Shown piece by piece: positions 10,620 through 20,000 of a stretch of DNA of 20,000 nucleotides (its first letter is position 1; each line of letters starts with the position of its first letter). The translations under genes were made by a program, and so were the position numbers. The notes under the pieces were generated by a model, which did not search any database, had not been told where the DNA came from, and saw only the letters and a list, made by a program, of their open reading frames with translations. Source of the DNA: Lama guanicoe. Taxonomy: Eukaryota. Location of the stretch: the NCBI GenBank assembly GCA_013239625.1, contig MU053652.1, positions 3,162,828-3,182,827 on the forward strand, written 5' to 3'.

Positions 10620-12361
10620 GAGCCCTGGACACTGCCTCTGCCCTCCTTCTCTTCCCTCCCGGGCTGTCATCTCTCTCCCAGATGCTCCCCTTCAGTGTTG
10701 TCCCGTCTCTTCCACCCCTTCCTTTGCTGTGTACATCCCCTGTGGTGCCCTGCGCTCACGTGTGCACACCTAGCTTCCTTTCAGTTGCCACTCCCATCTC
10801 TCAGCCTTATATCACAAGCATCCTCAGCTCTGGGACCGAAAAGTTGGCACTTCACTCCTGGTCCATTGACGCTAATACAAGCCCACCCCCCATCATTCCA
10901 GAGGCCCTGTTGGCTACATCCATTTGCTCGCTGTCTGCCTGGTCCTGAGTCCTTTTCCTCCACGTCTCCCAGTCTTGACTCTGATGCCTGCATCTGCCCC
11001 CACTCAGCGGCTCACCTGCTCGTGCCCCCCCCCCAACTGCCCAGCTCTCCACCTTGCCCCCCCCCCCAGTGATTCTCACCCGAGGATGCATGACCCCCAA
11101 GGCTGGCCTATCAACATCACCTTTCAGGAATGTTTTTGTGTTTTCTGTTTGGATTTTTTTGGTTTTGTTTTTGTTTTGAGCAGAGCACTGCTCACCCTCA
11201 GATGTGTTGCTAGGCCTCCCTTGGGGTCCATGCCCACAGCCCTCCCTCGGGTGAAATTCACCCCCCCCCCTCGGGAAGAATCACTGCTGTGCACCACCAG
11301 CCTGCCCCCCTGGGCTGCCCTCTCCCCTTGCCCGCCCCTGGCTTCCAGCAGTTGCCACTGACATTTGTTCCTCAAAGATCCCAGCGCGGAGCCCACTCTT
11401 ACACTGCCCGGCACTGTCCTCTTGAACCACCACATGGCCTTTCATATCTACTCTCTGGCACTCAACATGCCCCAAACCCCAGTCTGCATTAGAACACCAT
11501 TCCTTTCACATACTCCTTCTGCCTCCCCCATCCTTTAAGACTCTCAGGCATTGGTACAATATCTTTGGTCCAAATCTGGTCCATCTTGGCACTTGCCATT
11601 GTCCCTTTTTCTGCTTTACCCTCCTCATATCAGACCCGTAACACCGTCCCCCTGCAGAGCCCTGCCCCTGTCGTCCTCACGTTCCTCTGTGATTCCCGCC
11701 AAGCAGACCTTGCCCATCCTCCTCTCCTGCAGCTACTCTCCTCTGTCCTCTCTGGGTGGATTCACTGGTCTTCCCAGTCCTCTCCTCAACCTGCAGTCAT
11801 CACCCCAACACTGGACCTGCACTCAGTCCAGAAGCGCAGCTAAAGATGCTTTTCTTAGTGCCTGGAGATTGGCTCATGCCCCAACCCACCACCTCACACC
11901 CACACCCGTTAATCCCAACCCTGCCCTCCCAGCCAACCCAGCCAAAGCCCGCCCTAACCCATTCCTCTCCCCTTTACCCCATTCCCAGTCCATTCCCAGC
12001 GGATCCATATTAAAGAGCCTGGCCAAAAAGTTCTACCCTCCCCACAACATTGGACGCTCTTAGGAGCAGCCACCGCTCCCACCCACTACTAGCCACCCCT
12101 TTCCACTCCTCCTTCCTCATGCCTCTGCTCCCCCTGGTTAGTCCCGAATCTCTGAAGTTCCTTCTGGTTGGCACCTCTGAGATCTGCCTGGATTCCCACC
12201 TGCCACCTCCCTCTCCTCATTCCTTCCCCTGTTGGTGTCCAGCCTGTCTCCCTTCCACTGCGCTCCACTCTCCACCCTCCCCTGGGTGCCTCCTGCCAGA
12301 GACAGGTGACCCTCCCGTCATGCCACATCAAGGCTCCACTTGGACATTCCTTCCTGAGACC
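10620..12361 (+). repeat. Near-identical duplicate of 17918-19658 (offset 7297-7298)
   Basis: Identical ORF translations (11124/18421, 11551/18848, 11756/19053). The only difference I saw is a 1-nt poly-C length change near 11025. The match starts exactly after the N gap. Confidence 0.95.
11133..11180 (+). repeat. T/GT-rich low-complexity tract in the monomer (copies at ~8343-8378 and ~18430-18477)
   Basis: tttttgtgttttctgtttggatttttttggttttgtttttgttttgagc, which is A-rich on the minus strand. Confidence 0.8.
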
Positions 12362-15300
12362 CTTCCTCATGCGACCCATTTCTTCCCTTTACCAACCTGG
12401 CCCAGGGAAAGCGCCCTCCTCTTCTCTAGGAACCATGATCTCAAAGCTCCCCAGTGCCCGTCATGGAGTAGAACGGGGTCATCCCTTCTCTGTCGGGGTG
12501 CTCCCTCCTTGGACCTGATCGCACACTCACACTCTTCCCTCCCCTGCCCTGCCACATCCTTTCCAGAACCATCTGCTGTCTCCTGTCAGGTTCTTCCACT
12601 GGCTCAGGCCACTACCTCCCCTTTATCCTCAGGCTTCCTTATTCTCATCCTCACCTCATCTCACCCTCCTCCTCTTCTCTCTTCCCTTGTAATCAAGCCA
12701 CTGCGCACAATTCTTTACACCAAGCGAGTGCTTCCTCCTCCTCTTCCTTTTCCTGGCCTCCACTGCTTCCAGCTCTCCTCCTTTGGGCCCGGGACGCACC
12801 CCTGCCCATCAGCCTTGCGCTCCCACTCCCCGATGACATCCAGACCCCCCTTTGCCCTCCTTCTCTCTAGGCCACCATCCCCTCATGCACGGATTTTAAG
12901 ACCCCACTCTCACGCTCCGTCCCATTCTGCCTTGCCCCCTCTGCTGTTCCCTGGATCCAGCCTCCCAAACAAGAGCCCCTGCTGCTCAAGCCCTCACCGT
13001 CCTGCCCTCGGCTCGCTCCCTCTGTGCTGCCCCCATTACCTTCTCAGACGAGACCCCTGGCACCCCACTGGCTTCGGAGGTCCCCCTCCTCCCTCCTTCC
13101 CTGTGTGCAGCCCCCACCACATGCTGGACCTGCACCCTTCCCAACACCCCTGGAAGAGCAAAAGCTCAGTCAGTGATGGTTGGGCAATGTCAGCTCAGCC
13201 TGCTCCTCCCCCACTCCGCTGCCATTTGACGCACGTTTGCTGCCTGCACTCTGCACTGCAGCCACAGGAGCCCAGCCCAGATCCCTGAGGTTACCTGCCA
13301 GTGGCTTCTCTGTAGGGTCCGGCTTAATGTGCGGTGACACCCAGGTTCCTCAGTTTTAGCGCAGCCATTGGGTTTCCTTTCCCAGGTCTCGCGATGCTCC
13401 GGCTATGAGGTCTCACCTCTGCACTGCAGCTCCTGGCCGGTCTCAGTACCGCACGTACCCCCTCCCCCTGACATCTGCCGAAGTCCCACATTGAGGGCTC
13501 TTCAGGCTGCCTTCCCCCTTCCACGGTGCCCCCTTCACTGACCCTGGGCCCCTCAGGCATTCCTAAGGCTCTCTCCCTTCTTCTGTGATTCCTGTCCCCG
13601 GTCTCGTCCCTTCTGCCCCCTGAGCAGTGCCCCTACCACCTGTCAGTCATGAGAAGGATGCAGCGTTCTTTTCCTTGACCGGCCCTCATGCTCCTGGGAG
13701 GGCCAGCTTCCCTGTCCGCAGTGTCCTGTACTGAGTCCATCTGCCATCCAGATTTCCCCCTAAGCGCCCTAACCTTGCCGAGTCCGCCAGACGGGAGAAG
13801 GTCACTGCTTCTCCGGCCTTCTCTATGACCTTTCCTCTCGCCGTGCCCTGTCTCCAACATTTTCGATCGCCACTACCTCTAGGACCTCGTTCTCCTCTGG
13901 CCTCACCCCGCCTCTCCCGAGTTCCTCGCGTGCCTCACCTGCGCTGTGCTCCTCCTCCTGCCCACGTGGGCTTCCTCTCCCCTTTCCTGCCCCCTCGGGG
14001 GCAGGGACCCTGGATTCTCCACATCCACTCTCTCCTGTGTGTTCCCTGATGCCCTCCACAGGCCTTTCCTTGCCCGGCGCCATCGCCTGCCCCTCCTCCC
14101 TCTCCTGGCCCGTTGGACCACCTCTCGTCCACCACACTCTCCTCCACCACACTCTCCCAGTTGTTCGAGGCCGCTCACCTGGTCACCTACATCCTCGGCC
14201 CGCTTTCAGGGTCTCTCCTGCTCTCGCGCTACTGCACACATAGCAAAGGAACTGTGCTGCCTGATCCGTGTGACATTCTTGCAGCTACCGTCTGTCACTC
14301 TTCCAGCTGGACTCAGTACTTTCCTGTGCTGCGTGCTCCCTTCTTGACCCCCCCACCCCCACCTTCCGCTCAGCCCAGCTCCATCATCTCTGCTTCAGAC
14401 CCACTGCACCGACCCTGCACGCTCCGCCCCCGACCCCGGCTCACGAGCCAGGCTGCGCTCTCCTCCCAGGTCCCCGCGGTGTTGCTCCTGTAACTCTCAC
14501 GTTTCCATCCAGACCCCTCGTTGCACGCTCTCCTGACCCAGCTCTCGGGAAACCCCTGCCTGATTCCCCTTTTTCCTTTCACCTTCTTCTCACCTCCTTG
14601 CCCCCACACCTGGCAGCCCCACTCCCGACACCAGCACACTGAGTCTGGACCCGCACAGAGCCCTGGGCACCGCTGTCCGCCCTCCTTCTCTCCTCCTCCC
14701 TCCGATTGCTCCTCTCTCCCCCACAGCCTCTCCTGCACTCTTGTGTCCCATCTCTTCTCATGCCCACACCCCTCCTATCCCGCACACTTCATGACTCAGG
14801 CAGGTGACAATATCTTTGGTCTAATTCTCTTTCTAGGTGCTTGTCACTGTCCCTTTCAAAAGTTTACCCCTCCTCATTCAGCTCTGTGACACCTTGTGGT
14901 CGTACTGTCCAGCTGTGTCTCCTGACAGACAGGTGTTTCCCTTCTGCCTTCCCTGCAGCCCCTCTCCCTTGTCCTCTCTGGGTGGATTCAGTGGTCTCAC
15001 CCTCCCTCTTCTCAACGTAGTCATCACCCCCAGCACTGGACTCGCAATCATTCCATAAGCTCAAAGTAGATGATTTTCTCAGTGCCTGGAGCTCCTTCTC
15101 CCTTCCCCACCATCCCCACTGATCCCAACCCTGCCCTCACATCCAATCCAGTCAAACTCAGTTTGTACCCCAATCCTGAACCCTGTCCCAAACCACACCC
15201 CACCCTGGATCCATATTAAAGAGCCTGGCCAAAAAGTTCTACCCCTGCCACAATATTCCAGGTTGTAGCAGCAGCCACTGCTCCCACCCGCTGCTAGCCA

Positions 15301-18300
15301 CCCCTTTCCCACTCTTCCTTCCTCATGCCTCTGCTCCCCCTGGCTGGTCCCGAACCTCTGAAGTTCCTTCTGGTTGGCACCTCTGAGACCTGCCTGGATT
15401 CCTACCTGCCACCTCCCTCTTCTCATTGCTCCCCCTGTTGTTGTCCAGCCTGTCTCCCTTCCACCGCGCTCCAGTCTCCCATCACCTGGGTGCCTCCCAT
15501 CACCTGTCTTCTGGCAGGTGACCCTCCCGTCATGCCACATCAAGGCTCCACGTGAACATTCCTTCCTGAGACCCTTTCTCATGCAACCCACTTCTTCCCT
15601 TTCCCTCCCTGTCCAGGGAAAGCGCCCTCCCTCCTCTTCTCTAGGAACCATGATCTCAAAGCTCCCCAGTGCCCGTCATTAAGTTGCACGGGGTCATCCC
15701 TTCTCTTGTCGGGGTGCTCCCTCCTTGGACCTGCTCTCACGCTCACACTCTTTCCTCCCCTTCCCTGCCACATCCTTTCCAGAACCATCTGCTGTCTCCT
15801 ATCCAGCATTTACACTGACTCGGGCCACCACTTCCCTTTAGACTCCCTTTTCTTCTCCCTGCCTCTCCTTCCATCTTCTGTTGTTGTCTCTAATCAAGCC
15901 TTTGCCCTCAGGGCTTTATCTAGCTCACACTTCCTCCCCCTCTCTTATCCCATGCCTCCACGGCTTCTGTTTCACCTCCATCAGCCTTTAAGAAGCACCC
16001 TTGCCAACTGTCCTACGCCTCCCACTCCCTGATGATGCAGTCCTGATCCTCACTTTGCCCCCTTTCCGTCTTGGCCATGCTCCCCTCACAAAACCCATGT
16101 GCAGGTTTTAAGACCCTCCTCTCACTCTCCATCCCATTCTGCCTGCCCCCTCTGTAGTCCATCAGCTCCAGCCTCCCGACCCACAGACCCCCTTCTCCCA
16201 CGGCCCCGCCCTCCCACTGCGTGCTCTCTCCCTCGGCCACTTTGCTGCCCACATTACCTTCTCGGACTAGACCTCTGACACCCCAGGGATTGTGTTGGTC
16301 CCCCTCTTTCCCAGCTTCCCTGTGTGGAGTCTCCAGCACACGTTAGACCTCCACTCTTTGCAACCCCCCTGGAATAGCAGATGCATGAATTCAGTGATCG
16401 TTGCAAACTGTCACCTCTGCCTCGATTCCTGCTCACTCCTCCACTTCTAAGCATATCTGCTGCCCACCCGCTGGACTCCATCCGCATGCGTCCATACCCA
16501 GGTCCGAGATTACCTGCCAGTGGTTTCTGTGCAGGATCCATCTGAATGTGGCACACGGCCCTGTTCCCTCAGACTCACCCCGTCACTGGGTCCCCTTTCC
16601 CTGCGTGCTCCTGAGGGCCCCAGGCATTCAAACACCGAGGCCTGGGGTCTCTGCTCTGCTGTCTAGCCTCAGTACCGCATAAGCCTGTCCTCTGGCCCCT
16701 CAAGGTCGGCCGACAGCCCCAGACTGGGAGCTCTGCGTGTGGCCTTCCCCTTTTCCGCGGTGCCTCCTTGACTGTGCCTGAGCCCGAGGACCTGCATGAG
16801 CTTTTCTCCCCTCTTCCGTCCCTTTCTCTTCCCGCATGACTCGCTCCTGGGGACCACCATCTCACGGCTGCTCCAGACTCCACGAACTCCCTTTTCCTAC
16901 TCTGGGTGTGGACTTGGACTGAGCCTTACTAGGCCCATCCTACCTTTTTCTTACACTCGTGTGTTTGGGAGCCCCTCTGCTCCATCTTCCACTGCTTCCC
17001 TGCCGCCTCTGCCAGTCACGCGACAGAGTCAGCGGTCCTTCCTTACATCTTCCCTTCTTGCCCTGCACTCATGCTTCCTCCGTTGCCATTCTCTCCATCC
17101 CAGTGTCCTGCCCTAAATCCGCAGCTGTCCCAAGTCACACCCAAGCACCCTTCCTTTTCTGGTCCACCATTTTGGAGATGGTCATTGCTTCTCTGGGCTT
17201 TTCTCTGACTTTCCATCATCTCATCCCACCATCCCAGGTTCCCTGCTGGCCTTACCCACATGGTGCTCTGCCTCCTGCATGGGGTTTGCCACAACTGTGG
17301 CCCACTTTTGGAGGCAGAACGTCTGTATTCTCCATATCCACTTCTCCTTCAGGCTCTCTGTAATCCCTCTCTCGATGCAGTACACACTCTGATCCTCTCA
17401 ACAAGCCTCTCATTCTTTAGCTGCAAGGGCCCATCACCTGCCCATCCTCCCCCCGGACCACCTCTCCTCTGCCACACTCCCCCAGGTGGAGACGGCTCCC
17501 CTGATCTGCATCCTGGCTCCTGCTTTGCCTCTCTTTCACATGCAGCACTTTCAGCTACTGTCTGTGAATCTTCCGGCCGGATTCAGCCCTCTTCTCTGCC
17601 GCCTCCTCCCTGCTCATTCTCCCATCCGCTGCTCAGCCCAGTTCGGTCATCTTTGCTTCAGACACACTAGACTGAATCCAGGCTCCGCCCACCAGCCCGT
17701 GCTCGTGTCCTGTGAACCCAGGCTATGCTTCCTCCAGGCCCCGCCACATAACCTTTCATGTTTCCATTCAGACCCCTCTGTTTCACACTCTTCGAGCACA
17801 GCTCTTGGGGAACCCTTCCCCTGATTCTCCGGCCTTTATTCCTTTCATCACAGCACTTTTGCCTTTTGCCCTCCCCCTCTTGCCTCCTCACCTGCCAACC
17901 CCCACATCCCCTCCACAGAGCCCTGGACACTGCCTCTGCCCTCCTTCTCTTCCCTCCCGGGCTGTCATCTCTCTCCCAGATGCTCCCCTTCAGTGTTGTC
18001 CCGTCTCTTCCACCCCTTCCTTTGCTGTGTACATCCCCTGTGGTGCCCTGCGCTCACGTGTGCACACCTAGCTTCCTTTCAGTTGCCACTCCCATCTCTC
18101 AGCCTTATATCACAAGCATCCTCAGCTCTGGGACCGAAAAGTTGGCACTTCACTCCTGGTCCATTGACGCTAATACAAGCCCACCCCCCATCATTCCAGA
18201 GGCCCTGTTGGCTACATCCATTTGCTCGCTGTCTGCCTGGTCCTGAGTCCTTTTCCTCCACGTCTCCCAGTCTTGACTCTGATGCCTGCATCTGCCCCCA

Positions 18301-20000
18301 CTCAGCGGCTCACCTGCTCGTGCCCCCCCCCAACTGCCCAGCTCTCCACCTTGCCCCCCCCCCCAGTGATTCTCACCCGAGGATGCATGACCCCCAAGGC
18401 TGGCCTATCAACATCACCTTTCAGGAATGTTTTTGTGTTTTCTGTTTGGATTTTTTTGGTTTTGTTTTTGTTTTGAGCAGAGCACTGCTCACCCTCAGAT
18501 GTGTTGCTAGGCCTCCCTTGGGGTCCATGCCCACAGCCCTCCCTCGGGTGAAATTCACCCCCCCCCCTCGGGAAGAATCACTGCTGTGCACCACCAGCCT
18601 GCCCCCCTGGGCTGCCCTCTCCCCTTGCCCGCCCCTGGCTTCCAGCAGTTGCCACTGACATTTGTTCCTCAAAGATCCCAGCGCGGAGCCCACTCTTACA
18701 CTGCCCGGCACTGTCCTCTTGAACCACCACATGGCCTTTCATATCTACTCTCTGGCACTCAACATGCCCCAAACCCCAGTCTGCATTAGAACACCATTCC
18801 TTTCACATACTCCTTCTGCCTCCCCCATCCTTTAAGACTCTCAGGCATTGGTACAATATCTTTGGTCCAAATCTGGTCCATCTTGGCACTTGCCATTGTC
18901 CCTTTTTCTGCTTTACCCTCCTCATATCAGACCCGTAACACCGTCCCCCTGCAGAGCCCTGCCCCTGTCGTCCTCACGTTCCTCTGTGATTCCCGCCAAG
19001 CAGACCTTGCCCATCCTCCTCTCCTGCAGCTACTCTCCTCTGTCCTCTCTGGGTGGATTCACTGGTCTTCCCAGTCCTCTCCTCAACCTGCAGTCATCAC
19101 CCCAACACTGGACCTGCACTCAGTCCAGAAGCGCAGCTAAAGATGCTTTTCTTAGTGCCTGGAGATTGGCTCATGCCCCAACCCACCACCTCACACCCAC
19201 ACCCGTTAATCCCAACCCTGCCCTCCCAGCCAACCCAGCCAAAGCCCGCCCTAACCCATTCCTCTCCCCTTTACCCCATTCCCAGTCCATTCCCAGCGGA
19301 TCCATATTAAAGAGCCTGGCCAAAAAGTTCTACCCTCCCCACAACATTGGACGCTCTTAGGAGCAGCCACCGCTCCCACCCACTACTAGCCACCCCTTTC
19401 CACTCCTCCTTCCTCATGCCTCTGCTCCCCCTGGTTAGTCCCGAATCTCTGAAGTTCCTTCTGGTTGGCACCTCTGAGATCTGCCTGGATTCCCACCTGC
19501 CACCTCCCTCTCCTCATTCCTTCCCCTGTTGGTGTCCAGCCTGTCTCCCTTCCACTGCGCTCCACTCTCCACCCTCCCCTGGGTGCCTCCTGCCAGAGAC
19601 AGGTGACCCTCCCGTCATGCCACATCAAGGCTCCACTTGGACATTCCTTCCTGAGACCATTCCTCGTGTGACCCATTTCTTCTCTTTCCCTCCCTGGTCC
19701 AGGGAAAGCGCCCTCTTCTTTAGGAAGCATTATCTCATCTCCGTGCTCCCTAATGCCTGTCACTGAGTTGCACTGGGTCACCCTGTCTCTGTAGGGCTGC
19801 TCCCTCCTTGGCCCTGCTGTCATGCTCACACTCTTTCCTCCCCTTCCCTGTTCTCCCTGAAATCATGGGCTGATTCTTCCACTGGGCCACTACCTCCCCT
19901 TTATCCTCAGGCTTCCTTATTCTCATCCTCACCTCATCTCACCCTCCTCCTCTTCTCTCTTCCCTTGTAATCAAGCCACTGCGCACAATTCTTTTCTTTA

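Larger units (their letters stand above)
1674..20000 (+). other. COPG2: Long COPG2 intron (probably intron 20), continuing beyond the window
   Basis: GT donor at 1674. The next expected COPG2 peptide (VAGSFSCTMKF-like) was not seen in the window or the ORF track. Confidence 0.85.
6450..20000. repeat. Pyrimidine/C-rich tandem macrosatellite, monomers ~3.2-4.1 kb
   Basis: Anchor GGATCC(A/G)TATTAAAGAGCCTGGCCAAAAAGTTCTACCC at 9197, 12001, 15207, 19298. Other colinear shared blocks: ttttggagatggtcat (~6993, ~17170), cctgatccgtgtgacattc (~7461, ~14260), catttgctcgctgtctgc (~8147, ~10921, ~18219), ttacctgccagtgg (10494, 13291, 16510). Confidence 0.95.

Noticed and set aside
9424..13288. Long + strand ORFs (355 aa at 9424-10491 and 412 aa at 12050-13288) and the many other Pro/Ser/Leu-rich ORFs
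   Set aside because: The A-poor, C/T-rich strand lacks stop codons by composition. The starts are non-ATG, the peptides are low complexity with no recognisable domain, and the frame is not preserved in the diverged monomer (15300-16500).

Overview
Mammalian genomic DNA from the COPG2 (coatomer gamma-2) gene on the + strand. Two internal coding exons (789-928, 1502-1673; probably exons 19 and 20 by recalled human numbering) are followed by a very long intron that runs past the window end. In mouse and human this intron is part of the imprinted MEST/COPG2 domain and is transcribed antisense (MestXL, Mit1/Lb9, CIT1/COPG2IT1). The intron begins with AT-rich unique DNA carrying a strong minus-strand poly(A) site (~2440-2610), a second UGUA cluster (~3405-3480) and a MIR SINE. 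From ~4400 to the end it is a tandem macrosatellite of ~3.2-4.1 kb monomers, strongly pyrimidine/C-rich on the + strand. The anchor motif GGATCCRTATTAAAGAGCCTGGCCAAAAAGTTCTACCC occurs at 9197, 12001, 15207 and 19298, with a decayed AT-rich copy at 5243. The array shows a near-perfect ~7.3 kb two-monomer higher-order duplication, probably collapsed at a 26-N gap, plus short patches of near-identity between otherwise diverged monomers. The most interesting hypothesis is a repeat-built, purine/G-rich antisense lncRNA module running through the array and ending at the minus-strand poly(A) site. The long Pro/Ser/Leu ORFs are compositional artefacts. The species could not be determined.
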